This document shows positions 15,240-24,804 of a stretch of 36,636 nt of DNA, piece after piece. The translations under genes were made by a program, and so were the position numbers. The notes beneath the pieces are model-generated. The model searched no databases and had not been told where the DNA came from. It was given only the letters and a program-made list of their open reading frames with translations. Numbering within the stretch: the stretch's first letter is position 1; every line of letters starts with the position of its first letter. Origin of the DNA: an uncultured Candidatus Bathyarchaeia archaeon (GTDB taxonomy: Archaea; Thermoproteota; Bathyarchaeia; TCS64); assembly GCA_964405275.1 (NCBI GenBank), contig CAYONH010000003.1, forward strand, positions 1-36,636, given 5' to 3'.

Positions 15240-15572
15240 TTATTTCCAGCGTTCAAGCTCCTTCTCTATCTTACTGTAGTCCTTTCTCCTCTTCAGGATG
15301 TACCAGGCTATCCAGGTCATCGTGAAGGTCGGGATGATGTCGATCCCGGGGAGGAGCTCGAACAGTGAGATCAGGCCTATCCAGCTGAAGAAGTAGGCGC
15401 AGAAGATGATCCCGGCCACGTCGATGACGTCTCCGCCGACGGGCATCATGAGCATGGGGAAGCCGTACTCGATGAGGTCGAACATGAGGCAGACTAGGAG
15501 TGAGCCGAGTTCGTCCCAGTTGAGGCGTACAAGCCAGGGTGCCGAGAGGGTCTTATTGGACGATGGGTTCAC
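15240..15572 (-). CDS. hypothetical small membrane protein
   Basis: 110 aa with about three hydrophobic segments and a basic C-terminal tail (KRRKDYSKIEKELERWK). No family recognised. Confidence 0.55.
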   Translation of the reverse strand: MNPSSNKTLSAPWLVRLNWDELGSLLVCLMFDLIEYGFPMLMMPVGGDVIDVAGIIFCAYFFSWIGLISLFELLPGIDIIPTFTMTWIAWYILKRRKDYSKIEKELERWK

Positions 15573-15627
15573 CGTATTCCTTCTGGGGGTTGAAGTATAA
15601 AAATGAAAAGATGGTACCTGCCTAATC

Positions 15628-15900
15628 TTAGTCTCTGATGCCCTCTAGGACGCTTATCACGTTCCAGATCCGGGTGCGTGTGTACATGGGCATGTTCGGG
15701 TCCTGGGAGATCTGGTCGAGGAGGTCGATGGCGTTTGCCGCCCTGGCGGCGAGGGAGGTGCTCTCGTCAAGCATTAGATCTGAGGCCTGCTTGGCCGTGC
15801 GTCTTATGTTTCTCGGAGTCGTGTTGTCCTCCGAGACCCTGTTGAGAATTGACATCGCCTGGTTCGTCTTCTGAATATACTCTTCCTGTTTCTTTGACAT
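15628..15900 (-). CDS. UPF0147 family protein
   Basis: Contains TPRNIRRTAKQASDLM...LAARAANAIDLLDQISQDPNMPMYTRTRIWNVISVLE, which matches archaeal UPF0147 (PF03685) by recall. Trimmed from GTG at 15921 to ATG at 15900 (MSKKQEE). Confidence 0.7.
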   Translation of the reverse strand: MSKKQEEYIQKTNQAMSILNRVSEDNTTPRNIRRTAKQASDLMLDESTSLAARAANAIDLLDQISQDPNMPMYTRTRIWNVISVLEGIRD

Positions 15901-16024
15901 ATCTTCACATCCTTCATGCACGTAAATTCTGACAATTCGAACTGAATTTTATAATACATCCTCGAAGTATCGATAAAAACCTATCTCTCCAGAAAACGAA
16001 TATCTCCTATCAGTCATCAGTTGG

Positions 16025-16705
16025 CTACAGTTTCAACATGTAATTAGGTAGTTCCGCAACGTTCTTCAGCAGGACATCGGGTACCTCCTCCCTCCAGGAG
16101 CTCCTCCCTCTGCCGCTGGTGTTGACCCCTATAAAGGCGCAGCCCGAGTTGATGGCGCTCTCAAAGTCCAGGTACATGTCCCCCACGAAGAGCAGCTCAT
16201 CCATGTCGAGGCCCATCAGCTTAGCCGTGTGGTTCAGCGCCTCCGGGTAGGGCTTGGGCCGCGGGGTCTGCCCCCTGCCGAGGACGACGTCGAAGCAGTC
16301 GTAGGCCCCTATCTTCTTCAGCGCCTCCACGGCGTACTCGTAGTGGCTCCTCGTCAGGATCGCGAGCATGTATCCCTGCTCCCTGAGCTCGTGGAGGGCT
16401 TGGGATGCTCCCTCTATCTCGTCGACGAGAGGGATGGCCTCAAGCTCGCCCTGGTTCATGAGCTCTTCCATGACGGCGCGTAGCTCCGCCCTCTTCTCCT
16501 CGGGCCTCTGCGCCAAGTCCCAGTAGTGCTCGGCCTTCTCCAGGATGTCAACGGTGATCATTGTGGTGGTCAGCACTCCGCTGGGGACGTCGTTCTCCTC
16601 CAGGACCTTGATCATGTTCCTCTTCATCTTCCTGAAGTCGATTGTGGAGTATATCAGCGTCCCGTCGAGGTCGAAGACGATGCCCTTGAACTTGCTAGAG
16701 GCCAT
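16025..16705 (-). CDS. HAD-superfamily hydrolase
   Basis: HAD motif I is VFDLDGTLI, motif II is LTRS, and motif IV is FVGDMYLDFESA. Trimmed from GTG at 16714 to ATG at 16705 (MASSKFKG). Confidence 0.8.
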   Translation of the reverse strand: MASSKFKGIVFDLDGTLIYSTIDFRKMKRNMIKVLEENDVPSGVLTTTMITVDILEKAEHYWDLAQRPEEKRAELRAVMEELMNQGELEAIPLVDEIEGASQALHELREQGYMLAILTRSHYEYAVEALKKIGAYDCFDVVLGRGQTPRPKPYPEALNHTAKLMGLDMDELLFVGDMYLDFESAINSGCAFIGVNTSGRGRSSWREEVPDVLLKNVAELPNYMLKL

Positions 16706-16788
16706 AACGTGCACCCGAAGTATCCGTGAAGTTGATGCCTCTTGATATAACCATTATGGTGGGGCAGAAGAAAAGAGGATAGGGAGTC

Positions 16789-18099
16789 CTAACGTCTCCT
16801 GAAGAGGTTCCTTATGCCGTCGAGCGTGAACCTCGAGGTGAGTATCCTCTCCGTCGAGAAGATGCGGGCCGCGATGTAGAGCACGACGACCGTGAACGCC
16901 GTGATGTAGGCTATGTTGCCGATGGCGGCGGAGTAGTTGCCCAGGAAGGCGGCCTTGGAGGCGAGGATGCTGTGGGTGTAGGGGATCGCCAGGAGTATCC
17001 ACTGCATCGTCGTCGGTAGCATTGTGATGTCGCTGAACATCAGGATCAGGGCGGGGATGAAGATGGGTATGAACAGGATCCCCGTCAGGCTCTGGGCCCC
17101 CCTCACGCTGTCGGAGAACACCGAGAGGCAGATGGCGAGGGCGAGGGCTGAGACGAGGGTTATGAATATGTTAATTCCCACGAGGGCTACGCCGAAGGGC
17201 TTGAGGCCGAGGCTGAAACCCTCGGTCGTCATGCTCGTCATCTCGGGTGCGAAGGCGAAGGCGGAGTTCATGTAGTAGCCGAATCCCAGCATCGAGGCGA
17301 TGGCCCCGAAGATCGAGACCAGTATGGAGCCCGCCAGCTTGCCGCTGAGTATCGTCATGCGGCCCACGGGCAGGGTCATCAGGGTCTCCAGGGTCTTCTC
17401 CTCCTTCTCCAGCGCGATGCTGGTGGCCGCCATCTGGATGGCGAAGACGAGGGTGAGCATGGTCATCATGGGAAGGGTGATGCTCTGATTCATCACGAGG
17501 CTGAAGATAGCCGATGGAGCGACCTCAAGAACGTTCCCCTTGATGATGGAGGCCGAGGTCGTCCGGATCGGGCTCCTGATGGAGTCCGGCTCGGCTACTC
17601 CCCCGGATTCAGCGATGTATCCCTCGATCTTGCTGATTGAGAGGTAGTAGCTATAGATGTTGATGAGGCCGCTCACAGCGTTGGGGCTCTCCGTCTCGAC
17701 GATGGTGAGGCTCTTCAGGTTAGCGTAGAGCTTGAGGTTGGCCTTAACCCCCTGGGTGACGTTGTCCGAGTACCCCTCCCTGATGTATAGGAGGGTGGAT
17801 GCGTTCGTGTCTTGGAATGCCACGATAGCATCCTCAAGGGACCCTGCTTCGATGGTGTGCACCGTGTTGTCGGTGTAGATGTACTCCAGGAAGGAGTCCA
17901 CGACAGCGCCCTCGTCCTCGTTGTAGACGGCGAAGGAGGCGGAGGCCATGGCCCTCATCATCGACTGCTGTGAGACGTTCATCGCTGAGCCCATGATGGG
18001 ATACATGATCAGGGGCATGAGCACGACTCCCAGCAGGATCTTGGGGTCCCTGATGAGCTCCTTTATCTCCTTGACGACGAGGGATCTCAGGTTACCCAA
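16789..18099 (-). CDS. ABC-2 type transporter permease (NatB-like)
   Basis: 436 aa. One N-terminal TM, a large extracytoplasmic loop, and a C-terminal cluster of about 5 TM segments. Overlaps the upstream ATPase gene by 8 nt. Confidence 0.85.
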   Translation of the reverse strand: MGNLRSLVVKEIKELIRDPKILLGVVLMPLIMYPIMGSAMNVSQQSMMRAMASASFAVYNEDEGAVVDSFLEYIYTDNTVHTIEAGSLEDAIVAFQDTNASTLLYIREGYSDNVTQGVKANLKLYANLKSLTIVETESPNAVSGLINIYSYYLSISKIEGYIAESGGVAEPDSIRSPIRTTSASIIKGNVLEVAPSAIFSLVMNQSITLPMMTMLTLVFAIQMAATSIALEKEEKTLETLMTLPVGRMTILSGKLAGSILVSIFGAIASMLGFGYYMNSAFAFAPEMTSMTTEGFSLGLKPFGVALVGINIFITLVSALALAICLSVFSDSVRGAQSLTGILFIPIFIPALILMFSDITMLPTTMQWILLAIPYTHSILASKAAFLGNYSAAIGNIAYITAFTVVVLYIAARIFSTERILTSRFTLDGIRNLFRRR

Positions 18100-18823
18100 G
18101 TTTTGTCGCCTCCATGAAGGCTTCCTCCAGGTTCTCCGCGCTGAACTTGTCCATCAGCTCGGGGGGAGTGCCCACCGCTATGATAACTCCCTCGTCGATG
18201 AGGGCAACGCGGTGGCAGAGGTACTCAACCTCCAGCATGTTGTGACTGGATATCAGGGTGGTCACCCCCTGCTTGTCGACGTAGTCCCTTATGGTCTGCC
18301 TGACGTGGACGGCGTGGAGGACGTCGAGTCCCGAGGTGGGCTCGTCGAGGATGGCAAGCCTGGGCTTCATCATCAGGGCCCTCGCGAGGAGGAGCCGTCT
18401 CTTCATCCCCTTGCTGTAGCCTTTCACCCGGTCATTCAGTCTCTCCTCGAGGCCGGAGATGTACTTCCCCTCCTCCAGCATATCCACGGCGCTCCGATCA
18501 CCGTTGTCGTAGAACTCGGCCATGAACTCGAGGTACTCATGGCCCGAGAGGTTCTGGTAGGCGCCGGCCTCCTCCGGGAGGTAGCTGATCATCTCCCTGA
18601 TCTTCACAGGCTCCTTGACGACGTCCAAGCCGAACACCTTGGCATACCCAGCTGTCGGGCTTATCAGGGTGCTTAGGATCCTGAGGGCGGTAGTCTTCCC
18701 GGCGCCGTTGGGTCCTATGAGCCCGAAGATCTCACGGTCCTTGACAGAGAAGCTCGCGCCCTTCAGGGCCTCCACGCTGCCGAAGTGCTTCACAAGTGCC
18801 TCTACTTCGATGGCGTCATCCAT
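18092..18823 (-). CDS. ABC transporter ATP-binding protein (NatA-like)
   Basis: Walker A is GPNGAGKTT, the signature is YSKGMKRRL, Walker B is LAILDEPTSGLD, and the H-loop is SSHNM. Confidence 0.92.
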   Translation of the reverse strand: MDDAIEVEALVKHFGSVEALKGASFSVKDREIFGLIGPNGAGKTTALRILSTLISPTAGYAKVFGLDVVKEPVKIREMISYLPEEAGAYQNLSGHEYLEFMAEFYDNGDRSAVDMLEEGKYISGLEERLNDRVKGYSKGMKRRLLLARALMMKPRLAILDEPTSGLDVLHAVHVRQTIRDYVDKQGVTTLISSHNMLEVEYLCHRVALIDEGVIIAVGTPPELMDKFSAENLEEAFMEATKLG

Positions 18824-18927
18824 CTAGTTTCACGGTCCATTCAATTCCAGAACGGCTTAATAATTCTATTCAAGGACGGCACCTGTCTCGACATAACCAG
18901 TATTGCGGTCTAGCCAAGAAACATCCA

Positions 18928-20490
18928 TTAGAAGCCTGAGCGGAGCACCATCCCTGCCCTCTCACCGGTGTGTGCTCCTCTGTCTACAGTCACCCTGCCG
19001 TTCACAATTACGTATTCAATGCCTTCCGGGAACCGGATGGGGTCTTCGTAGGTGGCGGTGTCGATCACGGTCTCGGGATTGAAGATGGTGATGTCGGCGT
19101 GGGCACCTGGCTTCAGGACCCCCCTCCCTTTGAAGCCGAATCGCTCAGCGGGTAGAGAGGTCATCTTTCTTACAGCCTCCTCAATTGATAGGACTCCGTC
19201 TCTTACGTACCTCCCGAGAACTCTGGGGAAGCTACCGTAGGCCCTCGGGTGCGGTTTCCCGAGGACGATGCCGTCGGTGCAGAACATCTGGATGGGGCTC
19301 CTCATTATGGTGCGGATGTCCTCCTCGGACATGCTGAAGCTCACCATGCCCACGGCGTTGCTCTCCTCAAAGACGAGCTCGAAGAGGGCCTCCACGATGT
19401 CAATTCCCCTCATCCTCGCTATCTCAGCGAGGCTTTTCCCCTCAAGGTGCTTGTTCCTGTCGGTCTTCACCGAGGTGACGATGGTGTCTCCCCACATCAA
19501 GAAGCTCCCGTCTTCGGTCATCTCAGCGTAAACCCTATCCCTCGTCGAGGGATCCCTGAGGCGGTCCAGCATCGCGTCAACGCCTCCCTCGTGCATCCAG
19601 CTTGGGAGCCGTGCGCTGAGGAAGGTGCTCCCAGCGGTGTAGGGGTACTGGTCGACGGTGATGCTGAGGCCCGTTTCTCTAGCCTTCTCTATGGCCTCCA
19701 GGCCTTGGGCGGATCTTCCCCAGTTCCTCTGCCCCGCTGCCTTGAAGTGGCTGATGTGGAGCTTGACCCCTGAGTTGGCCCCGATGGTGGCGACCTCTTC
19801 TATGGACTCCAGGAGCGCGTCCCCCTCGTTCCTCATATGTATGACGAAGACCCCGTCCACATCAGAGACGACCTTGCAGAGCTCCGTCAGCTCCTCGGTG
19901 GCGGCGTAGACGCACGGCGGGTAGATCATCCCCGTGCTCAGGCCGTAGGCTCCCTGCCTCAGGGAGTCCCGGAGGAGAGCCTTCATCTCCCCCAGCTCGG
20001 GGTCGGTGGGGGGGCGGTCGTCCATGCCCATCGCAGCCAGCCTCAGGTTCCCGTGGCCCACGAGTGAGGCGACGTTCGTGGCGGGTCTGGCCTCCTGGAT
20101 GGCGTCCAGGTACTCCCCGAGGCTCCTCCAGCTCCAATCGATATCCGGGTCGCCGTTGAGCCCCGAGAGGTAGCTCCTCCAGTTCTCGATATCTTCCTCC
20201 CTGATGGGTGCCTCCCCAAGACCATCCTGGCCGACAATCTCGGTGGTGATGCCCTGCATTATCTTCTGCTTGGCCTCGGGCTCGGCGATGAGCATCAGGT
20301 CCGAGTGGCTGTGGCTGTCGATGAAGCCGGGTGCAATCACGAGCCCCTTAGCGTCGATCCTCCTCTCGGCCCCTCCACGGATCACCCCGACATCCATAAT
20401 CTTCCCGTCGGAGACCGCTATATCGCCTATGTAAGACGCCTTACCCGTGCCGTCAACGATCCTGCCACCCTCGATGACCAGATCTACCAT
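18928..20490 (-). CDS. N-acyl-D-amino-acid deacylase-like amidohydrolase (D-aminoacylase family)
   Basis: 520 aa. Contains GFIDSHSHSD (HxH), HISHFK and HPRAYGSFPRVLGRYVRD, typical of the D-aminoacylase family by recall. Confidence 0.82.
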   Translation of the reverse strand: MVDLVIEGGRIVDGTGKASYIGDIAVSDGKIMDVGVIRGGAERRIDAKGLVIAPGFIDSHSHSDLMLIAEPEAKQKIMQGITTEIVGQDGLGEAPIREEDIENWRSYLSGLNGDPDIDWSWRSLGEYLDAIQEARPATNVASLVGHGNLRLAAMGMDDRPPTDPELGEMKALLRDSLRQGAYGLSTGMIYPPCVYAATEELTELCKVVSDVDGVFVIHMRNEGDALLESIEEVATIGANSGVKLHISHFKAAGQRNWGRSAQGLEAIEKARETGLSITVDQYPYTAGSTFLSARLPSWMHEGGVDAMLDRLRDPSTRDRVYAEMTEDGSFLMWGDTIVTSVKTDRNKHLEGKSLAEIARMRGIDIVEALFELVFEESNAVGMVSFSMSEEDIRTIMRSPIQMFCTDGIVLGKPHPRAYGSFPRVLGRYVRDGVLSIEEAVRKMTSLPAERFGFKGRGVLKPGAHADITIFNPETVIDTATYEDPIRFPEGIEYVIVNGRVTVDRGAHTGERAGMVLRSGF

Positions 20491-20513
20491 GACAAGTGTA
20501 CAACTACCTTTGA

Positions 20514-20543
20514 GGTAAAAACAGTATAGCCCCTTCCGGGGCT
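20514..20543 (-). terminator. GC-rich hairpin + U-run after amidohydrolase paralogue 1
   Basis: AGCCCC-GGAA-GGGGCU on the minus strand is followed by AUACUGUUUUUAC. It lies between the stop at 20563 and the D-aminoacylase start at 20490. Confidence 0.45.
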
Positions 20544-20562
20544 TGACCGAGCTCTGTCTTGC

Positions 20563-21900
20563 CTATTTACTGGGGCGCAGGTAGACGCCGTATCCCGGTT
20601 TTCCGAGGATCTCTCCGTCCTTCATGATGGCCTTCCCGCGGACGACGGTCGTGATGGGCATCCCTTTCCCCTTCTGCCCCGCGAAGGCGCTGGCCCTCTC
20701 CTTGGAGTAGAGGTCCTCCTCGCGTATCTCGAAGCCCTTCTCCAGGTCGACTATGACCAGATCTGCATCTGACCCTGGCATCAGCACACCCTTCCGTGGG
20801 TGGAGCTTCAGCATCTTCGCCGGGTTCTCTGAGAAGATCTCGATGAGGCGTTCCAGGGAGATCTTTCCCTCGTTGACCTTGTTGAGCATCAGCGGGAGCG
20901 AGGTCTGCACGCCCACCCCTCCGGACGGGGCGTCGAAGATGTTCTTCCAACCCTTCTCCTTCTCCGACTTGGGATAGGGCGCGTGATCGCTGGCAAGCAC
21001 GCTGATGGTGCCGTCGTTGACCGCTTTCCAGAGGGCGTCTTGGTCCTCGGCCTTCCTCAGGGGAGGGTCGACCTTGGCGTAGGGCCCCCTGGTCTTCATG
21101 GCCTCCTCGGTCATGAGGAGGTAGTTGGGCGAGGTCTCTCCGGTCACGGTCCTTCCCATCGACTGGGCCCAGGAGAGGGCCTCGACGGCCCCCTTCGCGG
21201 TCATGTGGCAGATGTGGAGGTGGACTCCAGTCCCTCCCGCTAGGATTATGGTCCTCATGGTCGCCTCGGTCTCGGCGATGGCTGGCCTGAACTCGCAGTG
21301 GGCGATGGGGTCAACCCGTCCGCTGGCGATCGCCTTCTCCATCCCGCTCTCGACGATGCTCTGGTTCTCGGCGTGGATGAGGCAGGGCAGCCCCAGCTCC
21401 CCGATGACCCTGAAGTTGTCCATCATCCAGGCGTCCGACGCCGCCAGCTCCTTGAACCTGGCGATCATGAATGTCTTGAAAGCGACGACCCCGCCAGCCG
21501 CCAGTCCCCTCAAGGCCTCTGCGCTGACCTCCCCCGCGCCACCGATGAGGGCGTAGTCCACAAGGGCCTTCGCGTCGGCTATCTTGATCTTCTCCTCGAG
21601 GGCCTCCACGGAGGTCACTGAAGGCACCGTGTTCGGCATGTCGACGGCGGTCGTGACCCCTCCAGCCGCCGCAGCGCGTGTCCCGGTCTCGAAGTCCTCC
21701 CTCTCGGTGAACCCGGGGTCCCTGAAGTGGCAGTGCATGTCGATCATCCCGGGGAGGACGAGCAGTCCGCCCGCGTCGATGACCTCGTCTGCCTCAGGCG
21801 TCTCCCCCTTCATCAGTGAGACGACCTTTCCCTCGTCGATGACGACGCTCCCCTCGTAGAAGCCATATGGTGTGTATACCTTTCCATTCCGGACGACCAT
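20563..21900 (-). CDS. cyclic amidohydrolase (allantoinase/hydantoinase/dihydroorotase family), paralogue 1
   Basis: The track ORF 20563..22380 was trimmed to ATG at 21900 (MVVRNGKVY...). Metal ligands are DMHCH, AFKTFM (carboxylated-Lys position), IHAEN, HICHM and ASDHAP. Also contains ETGTRAAAAGGVTTAVDMPNT. Confidence 0.85.
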   Translation of the reverse strand: MVVRNGKVYTPYGFYEGSVVIDEGKVVSLMKGETPEADEVIDAGGLLVLPGMIDMHCHFRDPGFTEREDFETGTRAAAAGGVTTAVDMPNTVPSVTSVEALEEKIKIADAKALVDYALIGGAGEVSAEALRGLAAGGVVAFKTFMIARFKELAASDAWMMDNFRVIGELGLPCLIHAENQSIVESGMEKAIASGRVDPIAHCEFRPAIAETEATMRTIILAGGTGVHLHICHMTAKGAVEALSWAQSMGRTVTGETSPNYLLMTEEAMKTRGPYAKVDPPLRKAEDQDALWKAVNDGTISVLASDHAPYPKSEKEKGWKNIFDAPSGGVGVQTSLPLMLNKVNEGKISLERLIEIFSENPAKMLKLHPRKGVLMPGSDADLVIVDLEKGFEIREEDLYSKERASAFAGQKGKGMPITTVVRGKAIMKDGEILGKPGYGVYLRPSK

Positions 21901-22020
21901 GTCAACGGTCAAATGAAACACTCCTACCCAACATCCATACGATGAACGGATATATCTTACGAATGGCGGACCACATTCCGGTTTTAAGTACACAGGGACA
22001 TATTGAAGAGGAGACCAAAG

Positions 22021-23370
22021 ATGACTGTCAGCCTCGTCGTGAAGAACGCAAAGCTCGTCTCCCCAAGGGGCATCCTGGAGGGGGGCATAGCCGTGGATGG
22101 AGGCGTCATCGTCGCCCTGGCGAAGGAGCCAAACCTCCCGGAGGCAGATGTGGTCTTGGATGCAGGCGGGAAGGTCGTACTGCCTGGGATGCTGGACGGC
22201 CACATCCACACCATCCTGCCCCCCGAGAACTCTAGCACAGGGACGAAGGCGGCAGCGAAGGGAGGCTTCACCACCATCCTGGAGATGCCCGGGACCCAGA
22301 TGGGCTGCTTCGACGCCACCGAGTTCGCCCAGAAGAGGGATCTGTTCAAGGCCACCTCCCATGTCGACTTCTGCATCCACGCCGGATGCGCAGAGGGGTA
22401 CCCCGAGGGGACCCTCACCGAGATGTGGAACATGGGGGCGACGGGGGCGAAGTTCTTCGTCTCCTCAGCCGGACCCAAGTGGCCTCAGACCTTCGACGGC
22501 GAGATATACGCCGCCTTCAAGGAGCTCGCTGGGATAGGCGGCCTCGCCCTGGTCCACGCCGAGAACGACGCCCTCCTAAGGTTCAACGAGAAGAGGTTGA
22601 AGGAGGCGGGACGGAAGGACTTCGCGGCGCAGCTGGAATGTAGGCCTCCCATAGCCGAGGCCGAGTGCGGCCAGCGCATCATCAGGTACCTCAAGGAGAC
22701 GGGGTGCAGGGGGCTGATAGTCCACACTAGCCTTCCGGAGACCGTCATGAACGCGAAGAGGGCGAGGGAGGAGGGCGTAGTGGTCAACGTGGAGACCTGC
22801 CCCCAATACCTCTACCTGACAGATGACGACGTCCGAGAGAAGGGACCATGGGTCAAGTTCGCCCCGCCTCCACGCGACAAGGAGACCGTGGCACAGACGT
22901 GGCGCCTCCTAGAGGCAGGGCTCATCGATACGGTCGCCACGGACCACGCCCCTTACTCCAGGGAGAGGAAGGAGGAGGGGCTGGAGGACATATGGGCGGC
23001 TCCCAATGGGATTCCGGGGGTGGAGACTTTCCTGCCTCTGCTCCTCACCGGGGTCAACCAGGGGCGCCTGAGCCTGGAGAGGCTGTCCGCAGTCGTCTCG
23101 GAGAACCCAGCCCGCCTGTACGGGATATACCCCAAGAAGGGGGCACTGATTCCGGGCTCCGACGCGGACCTCGTAATAGTTGACATGAAACAGAAATGGA
23201 CCATCAGGAACGAGGACATGATAACCGCATGCGGCTGGACCCCGTACGAGGGATACGAGGTGCAGGGGGTTGCCGTCCACTCATTCGTGAGGGGTGAACC
23301 CGTCCTACAGGACGGAGAGGTGGTCGCTGCTGAGGGTCAGGGGGAGTACGTCCCCAGAATGGATCCCTGA
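22021..23370 (+). CDS. cyclic amidohydrolase (allantoinase/hydantoinase/dihydroorotase family), paralogue 2
   Basis: Trimmed from TTG at 22003 to ATG at 22021, which is preceded by GAGGAG. Ligands are DGHIH, GAKFFV, VHAEN, IVHTS and ATDHAP. Also contains STGTKAAAKGGFTTILEMPGT. Confidence 0.85.
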   Translation: MTVSLVVKNAKLVSPRGILEGGIAVDGGVIVALAKEPNLPEADVVLDAGGKVVLPGMLDGHIHTILPPENSSTGTKAAAKGGFTTILEMPGTQMGCFDATEFAQKRDLFKATSHVDFCIHAGCAEGYPEGTLTEMWNMGATGAKFFVSSAGPKWPQTFDGEIYAAFKELAGIGGLALVHAENDALLRFNEKRLKEAGRKDFAAQLECRPPIAEAECGQRIIRYLKETGCRGLIVHTSLPETVMNAKRAREEGVVVNVETCPQYLYLTDDDVREKGPWVKFAPPPRDKETVAQTWRLLEAGLIDTVATDHAPYSRERKEEGLEDIWAAPNGIPGVETFLPLLLTGVNQGRLSLERLSAVVSENPARLYGIYPKKGALIPGSDADLVIVDMKQKWTIRNEDMITACGWTPYEGYEVQGVAVHSFVRGEPVLQDGEVVAAEGQGEYVPRMDP

Positions 23371-23376
23371 CGACGT

Positions 23377-23901
23377 TCAGGTCCTCAGCGGTCTCTTCCG
23401 TGAGGGCCTCCTCTTCAACTGCGTACCGCAGATGGGGCAGATCCCCTCGTCCTGAGGTTTCTCGAAGGTCTTCCGGCATCCCGGGCAGTATGTTTCCCAC
23501 TTGAACTGGCGCTTGATGCCCTGCGTGGCAAGGCCCTTGAAACTCAAGCCCAGTTCACTCGCCACGTTCTGAACGGAGTAGTCATCTGAGACCACGGTGG
23601 TCTCCCACCCCTCTCCCTTCAGCTGAGCTCCTAGGGCAAGGAGCTCGGTATCGGCCTCAGATAATGCGTCCGCCTCCCCCAACTCTCCGATGATTCGCTC
23701 AGCCTCGGCTCGATACCTGGGGTCCGGGGATTTCACTGTGATTCGTCCGGCGTCGATGGTGCTGTCTAATCTAAGTTTCCGTATGTCGTCTCGCTGTATC
23801 TCATCGCGGACGGATGGAACGGTGTAGTGCTCGGCCTCAACCTCTGCTGCCTCGTAGCCCATAATGAGCGCCGATGTGTCCAGGACTATGGCCTTCACCA
23901 T
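23377..23901 (-). CDS. nob1: endoribonuclease Nob1 (PIN domain + zinc ribbon)
   Basis: 174 aa. The PIN N-terminus is IVLDTSALI, with VVSDDYSVQNVA. The C-terminal zinc ribbon is CPGC...CPICG, followed by a basic tail. Confidence 0.8.
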   Translation of the reverse strand: MVKAIVLDTSALIMGYEAAEVEAEHYTVPSVRDEIQRDDIRKLRLDSTIDAGRITVKSPDPRYRAEAERIIGELGEADALSEADTELLALGAQLKGEGWETTVVSDDYSVQNVASELGLSFKGLATQGIKRQFKWETYCPGCRKTFEKPQDEGICPICGTQLKRRPSRKRPLRT

Positions 23902-23922
23902 GGACGAACCTCTTAGCCTGCG

Positions 23923-24759
23923 TCAACGTACCTTGCGGAAGATGAGCCGCCTCTCAAGCCTCTCGTAGAAGGGCTTGAACCGTACGAACCTCGTCGTGTG
24001 CTTGCTCTTCCAGATCTCCACTGTCGAGAGGGGCTTGATGGGTGCGTACTCTCTCCCGTCTGCGATGACTATCCCTTCCGCCCTGGGCTTGATGAGCTCC
24101 ACGGTGATCCTGCTGTCCGTGGGGACCACGACGCTCCTGAAGTAGCTGTAGGGGCAGATCGTGGTGAGTATCATCGCCTCGACCCCGGGCTTGACTATGG
24201 GGCCACCGGCGGAGAGGTTGTAAGCCGTTGAGCCCGTCGGCGTGGCGACCATGGCGCCGTCCGCCTGGATATCCATTATGTGGACGCCATCGATTCTAAG
24301 GCGCATGTCCAACATCTTGGAGGGCATGGATGAGGAGATGAGGACCTCGTTCAGGGCGTCGGGGTAGGTGTCATCCGTGTCAAGGCTCTTGGATGCCACC
24401 TTGATGCACTCCTCGACGCCGTAGTCGCCCATCAGCATGTTCTCAAGGGCGGCCTCTACCTCGTCGGGGTACACCTCGGTGAGGAAGCCCCTGCTCCCCA
24501 TGTTGACGCCGAGGATCGGGATACCTGGGTCGTTCAACAGCATGGCGGTCCTCAGGATGGTCCCGTCACCGCCGATGGTCACCATGAAGTCAGCGTCGAT
24601 CCTCCCCAGATCCGTGTTCTCCACCGGGGAGTCCATCATCAGGGCGGTGTCGGTCTCGACGATGGTCTCGACCCCCTTGGATTCGAGGAATCGCACCACT
24701 TTTCCAACGACCTCAGCAGCTTGCTCCTTGTCCGGGCGGGAAACGATGCCGATCCTCAT
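23923..24759 (-). CDS. nadK: NAD kinase
   Basis: Contains GGDGTILRTA, VNMGSRGFLTE and TPTGSTAYNLSAGGPIV. Trimmed from GTG at 24768 to ATG at 24759 (MRIGIVS). Confidence 0.88.
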   Translation of the reverse strand: MRIGIVSRPDKEQAAEVVGKVVRFLESKGVETIVETDTALMMDSPVENTDLGRIDADFMVTIGGDGTILRTAMLLNDPGIPILGVNMGSRGFLTEVYPDEVEAALENMLMGDYGVEECIKVASKSLDTDDTYPDALNEVLISSSMPSKMLDMRLRIDGVHIMDIQADGAMVATPTGSTAYNLSAGGPIVKPGVEAMILTTICPYSYFRSVVVPTDSRITVELIKPRAEGIVIADGREYAPIKPLSTVEIWKSKHTTRFVRFKPFYERLERRLIFRKVR

Positions 24760-24804
24760 ATTGATCACCGTAGCAGTGTCCTTCTTCCCTTAAAATTGAT
24801 CTAT

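Noticed and set aside
17948-18676. A 242-aa plus-strand ORF
   Set aside because: It is antisense to the ABC ATPase/permease genes and has shadow-frame composition (L/G/H/V/E/D-rich). The ABC genes carry clear Walker motifs.
21901-22380. A 160-aa N-terminal extension of track ORF 20563..22380, which would overlap the divergent gene at 22021
   Set aside because: The extension is Gly/Arg/Leu/His-rich with no amidohydrolase similarity. It is antisense to a well-supported CDS. The family-typical N-terminus MVVRNGKVY begins at ATG 21900.
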